In this document: in pieces, positions 12,318-25,777 of the stretch
How positions within the stretch are numbered: the stretch's first letter is position 1
How the letters are laid out: every line of letters starts with the position of its first letter
Source of the DNA: Folioceros fuciformis
Taxonomy: Eukaryota
Assembly (NCBI GenBank): GCA_049999805.1
Contig: JBNGIO010006314.1
Location: 348,453-412,452 of the forward strand
Length of the DNA stretch: 64,000 nucleotides
Direction of reading: 5' to 3'
Position numbers and translations under genes: made by a program
The notes under the pieces: model-generated
Told to the model about the DNA's origin: nothing
Seen by the model: only the letters and a program-made list of their open reading frames with translations
The model's database searches: none

Positions 12318-14783
12318 TCACTCCCAGTCAATTTCCTCCTCTTCATCCTCCTCCATATCAGTGGTCTGCTGTGCCACTGGAGGAGTTTCACTAGGCACCG
12401 CGTTCAGATCAACCGCCGGCTCATCTGGCACAGGTGTAGAAGCATCTACCCCAGCAATTACAAGGATCAGCAAAAGCGTTTGGCAGACAGATTACACACA
12501 GCATAACCTGCTGGACATGTAACAAGTGACGTACCTTGGGGCTCCGCAGTCACTAGTTCAGATGCTTGATGCCGCCTTATCAATTCTGCATAATATGCCT
12601 TGATGTACTCCTCCTAGATAGAACCACAGGGCACAGCCATCAGAACGATAGGCACAACCTATACATACTCGGTTGTGCAGTAACAAACCATTCAGCAGGC
12701 CAAATGCCCCGAACTATCATTCACTTACCTGTATCTTTCTTTGTATAGCCTCCTTGTCATCTACAGGCTCACCAACCTGAGACGTAAACACTTCAGCACC
12801 CACTTCCTGCTTTGGCCCGTCTCCACGTTGCTCAGAGGTCAATGACATGCCTTGCCGTATCATCCACGGCGGAAGCACCTTCTGAGCAGCAGCTGCTGCT
12901 TCTTCCTTGGCACCTTTGTCCTTCGCATCCAGGTCCACAACGACCTGACCCACATGCAATTCCGGAAAAATCCCTTAGCCTCTTCACGAAGAAAATCTTG
13001 CAAAAAGATGAAGTGAGCAATTGTGGGACACTTACCGTGGTTTCACCCATATGTATAGAGGTGGCAGGCATCCCCATTCCATGAGATGGTTTCCGCACGA
13101 CACCATCTTCATCCATTGCTGCCCGTCCATGTGCAACTGCCCTACTTTCCCACTCTGCCAACGTTTTGAATTCTGGAGGGGCTACATCTTTCAACTTGGC
13201 AATTTGATCTAGCAAAGGTTTGAGGTTAACCTGATGTGGTGAAACACTAGGATTATTAGAAAAGTGAAAGCCATGGTGATCCGATAAGGAAAGACTCAGA
13301 GACGCACCTCCACTTTCTCGTAGAGCTCCTTGAGGGTCTCCCTCCTCCTTCGCCTGGCATTGTCCTCTCCTTCGCCACTGCGAACCTCTTCTCCAGCCAA
13401 TTTGTCACTCTCTGCCACCAGCTCACAATCGCAATTTTCACAGTGGAAATTCCCGTCGAAGGGGTTGACCAGCCTAAGTGCATCTAAAGCCGTATACCTG
13501 CAGACCACAAGCTTACTGGCGTCATTATCAATCTCGCCTGAAATGCAAGGTTTCCCTGTTACCACAAACAGCGGTAACCCAGATCAAATAGAGAAAGGAA
13601 AATGACATGCCTACGACCACAACCAGCACTTGGACAGATATACTCTTGAACAGTGTTGCGATCCTCTAGTTCATCCTTGATCTTCTTCTTAGCTCGGTGA
13701 ATTCGGTAACGAACAACATCATAAATCTGTAGATCCATCCGCAACGATCACTATCACATTTTGGATTACAAGAGTGACGAGAATCCAGTTTAAGAAAAGG
13801 TAGCTGAGGAGGAAGTACCCGAGCATAGTCCAGACAACAGTAGGAGTGTGTATGGACCTTCAACTTCTCCTCCGGCTGAGGTTCGCCGCCATTCTCACTC
13901 ACAGCAGCAACAGCAGCATTGAAGACCTTGGCAGCTTTGACATTCTGCGCTTCCATAGCACACCAAAATACGTCATTCCCCATCGTAACATTCAGAAGAC
14001 CTGGCAGTCAGACGTCCACACACGGACTACTACCTCTCGCCGATGCTCCCTAACCACTAGCCACTCCTGCTCTAAGACTCGCAGCGTCCGCCGAAGTTGC
14101 TTCGGATGCAACCCTAAGCGTTTGGCGAGATCCTCCTCTTTCACCCATTCCCGTCTGCACAGTCCGGAAATTCTGCCATGGGAACTCTGTGCCGTAACAA
14201 GAGTACGGGAAACACAAGCTGTCCATGACATGACATGGCTTGTCAGATCCAACGCCCCGCCCCACCTTGTGAGCGCATCCAGAATCACGACCGCTATCCC
14301 TCGATTGTCCGACTTGTCAGACTTGCTGCGATTAGTTCCCTTGGACGGAATCTCTTCATCGTAGAAAGCCCTAGCCACAAGCTTCACCAGCCTGGAACAC
14401 AATTGGCCATGAGCTCACAAGCCTTGGCAAAGGGACAGCCCAGCCAAGGAGGGAACCGTGTGCAGAATTGAGCATCCACCTCTTATACGAATTATAGCCA
14501 GCCATCTAAGCCTGAAGCGAGGCCAGCTCTTGCAAGTGGCAGAAGAGAAACCCCTTCTCTCAGGACAGCTTATGGAGCATCCCCAATCTGAGGAAAATTT
14601 GTCACGGTACGCCGGTACGGTGTTGGCTGCGACGGAGGAGACACCCGAGAACTCGACAAAGGTTACAGACGTGACCGCAGAAGCAGTGGGCCGATTTACG
14701 ACCACCTTGAATTGCACCTGATACTGTCAGTCCAGCTCGGGCATCGATGACAACCTACGCAAATCCTCCCTCTTGCTGCTCAT
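12318..14783 (-). CDS. General transcription factor IIE subunit alpha (multi-exon)
   Basis: Spliced reading: MSSKREDLRR|LVKLVARAFY, SDNRGIAVVILDAL, EWVKEEDLAKRL, HTHSYCCLDY, zinc ribbon (YICPSAGC...FHCENC), KVLPPWMI, EEYIKAYY, and an acidic end EEEIDWE*. The first exon was inferred from phase-compatible splice sites. Confidence 0.92.
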
Positions 14784-15881
14784 CGTCGGGTCGTGAACAG
14801 AGCAATGCTTGCTCGTGACACTTCTGCGACGAGGCGGGAGCCAAAACAATTCCTAGATTGATCGTCTGGGGATTATAGATGAGAAATGTCACAGATGAGA
14901 CGACGCTTGCCTTCCAGTTTCACGACATTCACGGTTCGGAAGGCAAGAGCCGCAGGCTGCCGAAAGCACCCGGAACCACTATGGAGGACTTTCTAGGGAC
15001 AGAGAGACTTTCAACAGGACTCTCAACGGCTTAAAACAGGTCTATACCAAAACGGAACGGAAACAGCCGAACGATAACAAATGGCATCCGACAAGGGGAA
15101 AGAATTTCCTTTGAAGTCCACTCACGGGATGCTAACCAACCCCAACTCATTCAGGTATCAAGCTGAGGTTAAAAAGTGTTCTCGTAAAAGTTACTGTAGG
15201 GCAAAATCTTTCTTACATGAATTATGTCCTATATAAATTTCCCTGCCTAATATGCAAAAGCTACCTTTCGTCAAGGGGGGGACATGGATACTTTACTGGA
15301 AAGAGAGATTGAAGAATTCAACTACTCCAAAGAGCAAACCAATTTCCCCAAAAACTAACAGCGCAAAAAGGACTAGCCCTAAGGCCAGGGAGAAGACCAG
15401 CACTAAGCCATGTACAGTAAGTAGCTTTAAACTAGCAACCTGCACCTTGCCACCGGACCGGACCCCGTGAGTGTCGACACAGAAGGAATGAGTGTGCGAA
15501 GTACATACGAAGGTATCCACCCTCTCCGTAGCCCAACTCCGAGGGTTGAGGATGNNNNNNNNNNNNNNNNNNNNNNNNNNNNNNNNNNNNNNNNNNNNNN
15601 NNNNNNNNNNNNNNNNNNNNNNNNNNNNNNNNNNNNNNNNNNNNNNNNNNNNNNGATTCTGATATGCTCGCAGACATAATACCGGATGGGATCCGTTACA
15701 TGCACGTCAACCACTGACTCCTGGTCCATGTGAAGGTGCTTACACGCACATAGGAGCCACGCTTCCAACCCTTAGCACTTCTGAGCCCAGGCGCCATTAC
15801 AACTAGAGGAATTCACTGTACACCGTAAAACGAGGTCGTTGCATTGATCTGATGCGTTCTCCATCACATCCGACGACTAAT

Positions 15882-16731
15882 TCAGTTGGTGTTATTGGAA
15901 ACGGCTGCTAATCGGGTATACATCAACGCCATGGATTTGTAGCCACGCTGATCTCCTGAGCGCAGCAAGTTCCCTGCATGTTCCAAGCCCGACGCCTATG
16001 AGCAACCAAAATACTGTCCTAAGCAAGGATCTAAAACAAAAAAAGGGCAGAGTAGCCAAAAACCACGAGAGTGTACCGCAATCACAATTGAGAGGACTGT
16101 CGGCCTCGGGATGGGCCAAAAGAGCGATAACGGCACGGCAGACAGACTGCAACGTCCAGGCAGGGCTCCAGGCGGTCTTGAGGATATCTAGGCAGATTTC
16201 CCCTGTCTGCAAGCCGAGGAAGAAGGATGGGAAAGGAAACATTAGGTCAATTTCTGATCATGGTGTCCAACGGAGTCATCCTGGTGAAGCCGATTCACAC
16301 CTTGAAGTGCACGTTGGGGTGGAAGATCTTGGTCACAAAACGCACTTGAGGTGGCACAAGAGGATACTGCTCTGGCACGTTAATGGCCAGCTGGAAAACT
16401 CCCTCCTGATATGGCGTATCTGCAGGCCCCTAGTTGTGACAATCCAGTCAGTCACCATGGCACAGCTTTTGCTTCACAGCTGTAACATTCTTAAGCCGAC
16501 CGAATTCGGAGCTGTATCCAAGGTTCCTCACCTTGATGTGCGCAATCCACCTGTAGATGTTGGTCTCGTTGCATAGCAGCTGAATGTCCGAGTCGTGCAG
16601 CTTGTTGTCTCTCTGCACTTCCTTGTACTCCTTGAACAGCCGTGCTCGTGACGCCTGGAACAATAAACGCTCTTCACCAAAACTCAGGGAGAGGAACACA
16701 GCCACAGTTCTGGGGGTAGGTAGCTTACCAT
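15882..16731 (-). CDS. PEX4: Peroxin-4 / ubiquitin-conjugating enzyme E2 (UBC21-type)
   Basis: ATG|GTAAGC initiator exon, then ASRARLFKEYKEVQ, KIFHPNVHFK, TGEICLDILK (active-site Cys), AWSPAWTLQSVCRA, GNLLRSGD; stop at 15882-15884. Confidence 0.93.
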
Positions 16732-17446
16732 AGAGCCAAATGCAGGGCGGAAGAAGTCGGGAAGTCTGCTCCTACCCAAGAGTGCCCTAACAAACGCGGG
16801 CAACCAGTCTAGAGAAAGGCCACACGGACGAAGAATTCTGCCGAAGTCCCCTCAGAACGGATTTCTTCGTAACGCTGGCTGGCACTTAGCGTCGTCGTGG
16901 GACTTGGTGGGAAGGCTCGAGAAAGTAGAGCTCTATAGATGGGAGTCAATAGAAGGCGATTAGTCCAGGGTGGGGTGGTTTCCGGTGTAAGATACATGCC
17001 TTTGTCAGTGGGGAACTTGTAAAAGTGAAGTTTGTGCCCTAAATCATGGAAAGAGATAAGCTGGATGTACATTCATACATAGATACATACACAGAACGAT
17101 CTGGGCTGAAATATCTAAGGCGAAGAAAACGGGTAAGTCGTTCAGAGTACGAACGAACCGTTGGGGTGTCTTTGTAGCTGAATTGGACCCCCTAACAATG
17201 TCAGATATATACAGACAGTAGACTGAAGTTCAAATTGTCCGGAGAACGAGATGGACGAGCGGAACAGTGAGGGGCAGGGTGAGGGAACAAGTATTGCATT
17301 AGAAAGAGCCGCAACAATTGTGCAGTCCACTTGCCAACCTTACCGCTCCTCCTCATGGGAACAAATCGTTACGCGATCCCAACAATTCTGTACATGCCCT
17401 CCACAATGGCCACACAACACGGATCAGTACAACACCGATCACGTTC

Positions 17447-18949
17447 TCATCGGAATTTCCTAATGGGCAAAGCCTTGCTAAACAGTTCTTCAATGTCCTT
17501 GGCCTCCATCTCGATCGTCTGCAGAAACAGCTTCTCCTCCTCTCCCAGCTGCGTCAAGAGAAACTCCTCTTCCTTCTTCAACTCCTCAAACCCCATCCCC
17601 AGCTTGGCCAGAAGTGGAGACAGCTGCCTCCGTCCGACCTCCTCGACCTCCTCAACAACCTCCTCCACTACCTCCTCCACCAACTGCACCTCCTTCACCA
17701 AAGCCTCCTCCCCTCGCTCCAGCGTCCTCTCCACCCGAGCCAGCAGGCTTGGCTCGGGCCCACAGGTGTTGTCGGTGCGCCTGAACTTGCCAAAATCGAG
17801 CCCGACCTTAGCCGCGGCCGACCGCAGCTCGGGCACGATGGTCTCGGGCAGGACCCGGCTGCGGGTGTACACTACAGCCCCGCCGTAGCCGTCCCAGGCG
17901 TCGTTCTGCCCCCGGTAGTAGACGAAGATGTAGTCGTCCGGCTGACCCTGAGTCCTGGCGGACAGGATGTACCAGTCGTCCTGGTAGTGCAGGAACTCGT
18001 TGCCATGGTTGTAGAGCACGCCGGGCTGGACAGGGTCCTGCACGAAGCGCTGCAAAGCGGTGCGGGTGAAGAAGCCGCCGTCCGGGGTGGTGATGCGCCA
18101 GGAAAGGTTGGCCGTGATGGCGTCCGGGGTGGCGGAAAACTTGTGCAGCTGGCAGTCGAAGGTGTCAAAGGTCGGATTGAGGCCGCTGCTGATGTACCAG
18201 TCCCCGGAGAAATCCACGATGTTGAAGGCGGGCACAAGGGCCTCCGGGGGTGGGACAGGGTATAGCCCCTCGTCCTGCTTCTGAGGGACGCAACCCTTCC
18301 TAGACACGGCGCAGTCGTTGAACTGATCCACCACCGCATTCTCGAACAGATCGCCGCACCCGATCTGGCAGTCCGTTTCGTCGGGCCGGTTGTTGCACGA
18401 CTGGAGGCAGGCCACATTAGCAGCGCAGAGCGGGTCGGCGATGCAGCGGGCCAGCTCCACTTTGCACTCCTTGAGCAGGCATGCGCATGTCTTGAGTGCA
18501 TCTGTGGCGTGAGCTGGCGGAGGCGCGCACAGGAGAGCTCCCGCTGTCATGGCTGTGGTAATCTGCACGGCCATAGTCTGCCATACCCCGCGCCATAGCC
18601 CTGACGGGGGGAGGTTCCTCCTCTCCACACCGTGCGTCTCGTAAACTGGCCCTGCACTCCACACCTGCTCCGAGGATTCGTTGCTCACCTTCTCTGCCGG
18701 AGCTCCCTTCCATCTCTTGAGATGCTCCCACCTCTCCGCCGCTTCCTTCTCCGCTGGCACCTGCTCTGCATTCCCGGCTCGCCCTGCCCGCTCCGATGCA
18801 CAAGCAGCAGCCGTTACCGCTCCCTTGCAAGAGCGGGAAGAGACGCACGCCGTGGAGCTGTAGCTGGCTTTCTCTTGCAAGCCGGACGATTCTGGTGCCC
18901 TAATTGACACCCATCGACAACCACACAGAGTGGACGTTGTGGCGGCCAT
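17447..18949 (-). CDS. VDE: Violaxanthin de-epoxidase, chloroplastic (single exon)
   Basis: 500-aa uninterrupted ORF: bipartite transit peptide ending AHA, Cys-rich domain ([13 protein letters not shown]), lipocalin core ([39 protein letters not shown]), Glu-rich tail and [11 protein letters not shown]. Confidence 0.97.
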   Translation of the reverse strand: MAATTSTLCGCRWVSIRAPESSGLQEKASYSSTACVSSRSCKGAVTAAACASERAGRAGNAEQVPAEKEAAERWEHLKRWKGAPAEKVSNESSEQVWSAGPVYETHGVERRNLPPSGLWRGVWQTMAVQITTAMTAGALLCAPPPAHATDALKTCACLLKECKVELARCIADPLCAANVACLQSCNNRPDETDCQIGCGDLFENAVVDQFNDCAVSRKGCVPQKQDEGLYPVPPPEALVPAFNIVDFSGDWYISSGLNPTFDTFDCQLHKFSATPDAITANLSWRITTPDGGFFTRTALQRFVQDPVQPGVLYNHGNEFLHYQDDWYILSARTQGQPDDYIFVYYRGQNDAWDGYGGAVVYTRSRVLPETIVPELRSAAAKVGLDFGKFRRTDNTCGPEPSLLARVERTLERGEEALVKEVQLVEEVVEEVVEEVEEVGRRQLSPLLAKLGMGFEELKKEEEFLLTQLGEEEKLFLQTIEMEAKDIEELFSKALPIRKFR

Positions 18950-19719
18950 AGCTCGCAGAGTTCTTTGCGCAAGAAATGGCCAGGCCCTGCCCGCAAGCTG
19001 GTCGACATCCCTTCACATTGTACACCCGACGACTGGGTAAAGCCAGCCAGCCACACAGCATCCATCCAAGCATTCTCTGTTCACAAGCCGGCTTTTGCCT
19101 TTTTCTCTGTCAGTTCCGAGCGTCGTACATACTTCCACAGTTTGCCTTATCCATTAAGTCCACAGCCTAGGGAACTCCCATCCGGTCTAACAGAAAGGCC
19201 GCCTCAAAAGAAAGAGTACGTTGCCCGGTATGAAGGACTGAGAAAACCAGAATCCAACAACCGGGGTTGCACGTGGCTGAGCCAACAAAAAAAATTTAAC
19301 CGCTTCAAAAACAATAGCTATTGGTTCGCTAAGTATGCGTAATAAGTCTGCCACTCTGTTCCAGAAGTGTCGGGGAGCACACTAGAAATACATAATGCAA
19401 CAGTCAATTAAGGGGGGGAGAACTGGCAGGGCAACTGTACAGCAATCAGTGACCTCTGAAATGCAGTTATAACCAACCCTGCCCGATCGAACAGTGCGCG
19501 AGAGATCTAAAGCAATGGATGACTTCCCAGCATCAGCTTCCTAAAGAAACTACCACCCTGAACCATGCAGCTGTGAAATGCACGCCCAATAATCAACTCC
19601 AGCCTGACCAGCTACGACACAGTGGCAACGACAGGGTCTTCCAACCCAAACGGCCCACAATGGTGTGTTCTCAGGGCAGATCAGGATTCAGGTGTCAGTA
19701 AGAAGAGAAAAAGGAAGAG

Positions 19720-21273
<1,554 letters not shown>

Positions 21274-21778
21274 GGTAGCGCACGTAGGGCCCCGCCCGCC
21301 CTCAGATCTGAAGCTGGTCAGGCGCTAGCAGAAGTGGTGAATAGCGAGCAGCGTTGAGTGCAAGCACAGAAATTGCGTGGGGGTCGGAGGAGCAGGGCGG
21401 GCGCGAGGAGGACACGGTAAGGCGCGCAGACAGGACAGATGGGACTGCGGAACCCAGCCGAGGACGCGACACGGCACAGGAGAGAGACTGGCAGAAGAGA
21501 AGCCAACAGCGAGAGCGCAAAACGAAGCCAGTGGCTGTAATAGGCAATTCCGTTAACCCCAAGAATTTATGTGTATGTACAATACTCTCAGCCCTAGACC
21601 AGACGTCTCCTCTCTAATGCACCACGCGCACGCGGTACATCACATCCAGTGGAGACCTCCATGTCTGGCTCTGGTCCAGTCAAGGATATCTCCTGCGAAT
21701 AATACCAAAGTCAAAAACTGGAGGAATGTGTTGTGTCGATGCATACACTTCCTTCCCGCAGCTACCGATGCAACAGAG

Positions 21779-23066
21779 CTATGCCATGCCAGGGCTGGCC
21801 TGGAATGATTTTCCCGAAGATGAAGGAAGGCGACGTTTTCTCCTGAAGCTTCCCACACGCCTTCTTCTCGCCATCCTCCGCCTCTTCTTCAAAATGCAAG
21901 CCGAAGGGACGCGCGAGACGACGTCGCAGCTCCCGTCAGTTTGCTTCCTTGCGAGCCTTGCCGGTGCCCCGTTTGGAGCGTTGAGACGCAGACGGGGCTG
22001 CGGCTTCCAAACGAGGGAGAGGCAAACGAGAAGGAAGGTAAGGCACAGGCATACGGAACGGGGCAGGGACTCCGACGGCAGGGAGTCTGGACAAACACAC
22101 AGGGGACACCAAGTTAGCAAACCAGCCTTCGGATACGAAGGCCTTAAGTGCACCTCGTCACAAGAGAGCACAGGCCTAGGAAGCAAACAAGAGGTCTGTA
22201 GATCCCGACCTCTTTCAAGCACTGCAGGCTCTGCCCCGACACACGCCGGGTCTTTTCGCTTCTTGGCACGTTCCAGTTCTTCCCGAAGAGCCAGATTCTC
22301 TATGGCCCCAAAGTTGATAGCTTGCTGAAGCTGGGTGCAGTGGACCTCAAGCATTCTACACTTCGCTTCCAGCTCTTTCACGTAGCATTTCTTCCTGGAC
22401 CTAGACTGGGATGCTGCCTCTCGGTTCTTCATGAGCCTGCCACGGAAAAGGCAGGCGCGAGGGTTAGGTTGAGCGAGGACGGACAAGCCACGGCTGTCCG
22501 TGATGTGTACTCAATCACTCTCACCTCAACTGCTTCTTGGCGTCAGCTTCGTCCACGCAGCTCTCGGCAGTGGTTGCCGCGCCCGGCTCTTCCCCGCTTC
22601 CAGTAGTTTGGGTTTCGGTGGCAGCATCCTGAAATCCAGCGCCGCCGTCCACATGATCGCTCCTACGGCGCTTCTGACCTTTCGAAACCCAGTCTTCTCC
22701 GGAGCCAGCAGCAGCGCACACCTGCTGCTCGGCATCGGCGTTGGCAAGGGCGTGGCCGGCATCGGCGTTGGCAAGGGCGTGGCCGGCATCCGGCTTCAGC
22801 CACACCTCTCTTGCTCCATCCACATAATTCCGCCAGCCCTCGCTGGCCTCACTCCCGTTGTCAGTGATGAGTGCATCCGAGCTGCCAAGCTGCTGCTGTG
22901 CAGCGGCAGGGATGGTGGTAGCAGCAGGAGGGTTGTGATCTGGGCACAAGAGCTCGGAAATCAGATCATCCAAATTCTCCAACTCTCCCTCCACTGCTGC
23001 AGCATCCCACAAGGGTGTGTGTGTATCCCCCCATAACCATCCGTCAGCATCACACTCGACTTCCAT
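21779..23066 (-). CDS. bZIP60: bZIP60-like ER-stress transcription factor. Exons 23066-22525, 22436-22210, 22086-21779 give a 358-aa membrane form; the IRE1-spliced form is 298 aa, stop at 21936-21938
   Basis: Basic region KKQLR|LMKNREAASQSRSRKKCYVKELE, leucine zipper, EPAVL motif, TM segment SVCLCLTFLLVCLSLVW, and an IRE1 twin stem-loop visible after conventional splicing. The start codon is the first in-frame ATG. Confidence 0.9.
22079..22224 (-). other. IRE1 unconventional 23-nt intron (22224-22210 + 22086-22079) split by a spliceosomal intron (22209-22087)
   Basis: Spliced mRNA reads GAGC-CUG^CAGU-GCUU GAAAGA GACUCC-CUG^CCGUC-GGAGUC: two stem-loops with CUGnnG loops whose cut sites are 23 nt apart. 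Confidence 0.88.
22730..22790. repeat. 27-bp tandem duplication inside bZIP60 exon 1 (DAGHALANA x2)
   Basis: Two perfect copies of ggcatcggcgttggcaagggcgtggcc plus a partial third. Confidence 0.95.
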
Positions 23067-24420
23067 GGGGCAGCCAGCGCCTGTTTCACTCCAGGTGCAA
23101 CCTCTCGGCAAACCCCATCAAGCGGCTCGAGTCGGGCAAAACGAATCACCATTCACTGCCTCACCACGAACGAACAGGCAACAACGCAATGAAATCTCAC
23201 AACCGTGGCTCCCCTGCATCTGCATCAACCACAGCCACGGCTCCCACCGAGCCCAGGAACCCTAGGGTGTTGGACGGAGAAGTTGCGAAGCAATGAAGAA
23301 ACGTGGTTATGGACTGCTTATCCTAAGTTAGCCCTCTGTACAGTATTAGGCAGTATGTTACCCTCCGTAACCAGTAGGAAATTTCCATGGGCGCCATTTC
23401 CAAGATATACTGTGCCTACTGGCTACTGCTCGCTGGTATCTGCTAACCCTGGACTATTTCTGTGCTGTAAGCGCGCTGACACTGTTACAACTAGGAGAGT
23501 AGGAATATCTCGTTAAGAGTTCCTTTCCTGTTGGTCGGCCTCTTCCTTCAAGCTGGGAGGGAGAATGCTGAGCAGCGGACGACACGGATTCAGGTGTGTA
23601 GAGAGCGAAGCCCACACTTCGAGAAAGAACACAACACCGTTTGGGCGTCTACTTCCGCACGACGCCTGAGCTCTCTAGATTTTTCACATAGCGCGTAACC
23701 AGATAGAAGTGATCCTAAACTACGGCGCGATCTTCCTCGTTGTCAAGTACTCTGCAGTTGCGCGAGTGAGAAAGAGCAGACCTGGAAGGCTGGGAGGTGT
23801 GGGAGGGTGACCACGAGACGTGATTTCGGAGGGGAAGGTTGTTCTGGATTAGTACATACTCCGAAGAACATTAGTGAGAATGAAAGTCACTTCGGCTTCC
23901 CCCCTACGATTATGCAACTTGCTTCCGGGAAGCAAAGCTGCAAGAGGCTGACACGCGGGCGGTAGAGAAGAAGCGCGGGCTTCAAAGCGCCGGATTAATG
24001 GAGCCCCCTGTCTGATTTTTGTAATGCGTGAGACGAAGTCTTTGAAATATTCGTAAGACGGAGTACAGTTGGGTGCACGGATACAGATAGAGGTGGCCCC
24101 GTTGCAGCTGCCTCCTGGTACACCAACAGCTATTAAGGAACTGTGTTCTCGAGAGCTCGTAAGACATCACACATAACGCCCGATCATGCTGGAAAACTCC
24201 GGTCTTGCAACAGTTGGCTGCCATGCATGTCCCGGCGAAGGCTTTGATCCGATCGTGTACATGTATAGAGATCCAAATTCGACAAGTTGCAACCATGCGA
24301 TGCTGGCGCCCTCCGCCTTGCAACCTCGTGGCCGCAACTACCACTCACACCCACAAAGCACTGTCCCTTGGTACTAGCAACCTCGGTGGTGAGAGAAGTG
24401 ACTGCTGATTGAAAGTGACG

Positions 24421-25777
24421 TCAAGTTTTGGGGGTTGTATGCTGGGGATCCCCACTAATCCTTTCCTGCACGACGCGTGAACTTGTACTTGTGTTGGATG
24501 TTGTGGCACCATCTTCCTCAAGGCCGCGATGAGCTTGTGATGAGATGGGAAATATCCAGGGCATGCCAGGGTAATGTTGCCACAGGGTTTGCAATGCTGT
24601 GACGCGCATGTCCTTGAGAGCTTGGCCAGAGTCCAGAGCTAGCACCCGTTCTTTCGGTCCCAGTAATTTGCGGTAGAGCTGAAGCTTTGTTCCCAAATTG
24701 TCGGGCAGATTCAGCAGCTGCTCGGTTCTGCATAACAGTAGGAGAGAGAGCGTAAGACTTTCCGGCGCTCTAAACCCACCACCCACAAACAAGTCGCATC
24801 TCAAATTCAGCGCGCAGGCGACTCACCGAGTGATCCTAGGAGTGAGGATTCCACGTTCACCGGATCGGGGGATCCGAAAAATTAGGAGTCCTCCAAACAG
24901 CAAGTTGAAAAGGATGAAGAGGAGCACAAGTCTCCTGGACTCTCTCCGGTTGAGCTGAAGATCCCTCTTGCTGACCCTGTGGAAGTTGATGTTGATAATC
25001 ACCTGCTATCCTCGAGCAAACAACCACAAAGAAAGATAAGGCAAGAGACGATCGAACGAGGGCAAATGCCTCCTTCATGCTACAATACCACTGAAACTGA
25101 AACATGGAACGAGGAGGAGGGAGAATGCGAAGTACCTCTTCCACTTCTGCCCTTATCGGTGCCGCATACAGGATCTTCCTGTGCTCCACCGCCCCATTCC
25201 CCACTGAAACCGGACTCCAAAACGCGAAAGGAGTTATGCTCTGAAGCACGGCACAAGTTCTCTTCTTGTCCACTGCCCCGCAATCCACCTCCTCGATCTC
25301 CGAACAAGCAGTATTTCGCACCCCGTCCCTCCACACCGTTCCGGCAGGAGCAAACGCAGTGTGTCTTCCCGGTGGAGAGGACACTGCACGAGTGCCACAC
25401 GACGTCGGCGCCTCAGGCGGATCGGCGGAGTCGGAGTCGAGGCAGAGCGCCCTGGGGTTCCCATTCTCAGAATCGAGCTCGGACAACACTTTCCCGGACA
25501 CCTGATCCACGCCGGAGACGAGCTTGTTGTGGCCGGGCTCGGGCGACAGCGGAGGCGGGGTCAAGGGGGGCTCGCTCAAACATCTCCGCAGGGGCGGCGA
25601 GGAGGAGTCGGTCCTCTTCGGAGGCCTGGGAGGCGGGTAAAGCCCGCGGAAGTCCGACTTGCTCTTGCTCTTGCTCTTCCTCTTCTTCTTCTCGAAGTCG
25701 AAGACAGACACCGGAGAGCCCGGCCCCTGCTTCGCCAGAGGGTTCGCAGGACGCGGAACGGCGATCGGCCGGTCCAT
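24421..25777 (-). CDS. Hypothetical protein, about 374 aa. Exons 25777-25136, 25002-24827, 24727-24421
   Basis: Canonical, phase-compatible splice sites (GAG|GTACTT, CAG|GTG, CG|GTGAGT, CAG|A) join three ORF pieces into one stop-free frame. Pro/Ser/Lys-rich N-terminus and one hydrophobic segment LVLLFILFNLLFGGLLIF. The family is not recognised. Confidence 0.65.

Noticed and set aside
17318-18265. 315-aa plus-strand ORF (also 24979-25857, 29293-30084, 47605-48471 and similar)
   Set aside because: Antisense shadows of GC-rich real CDSs, with no independent protein features.
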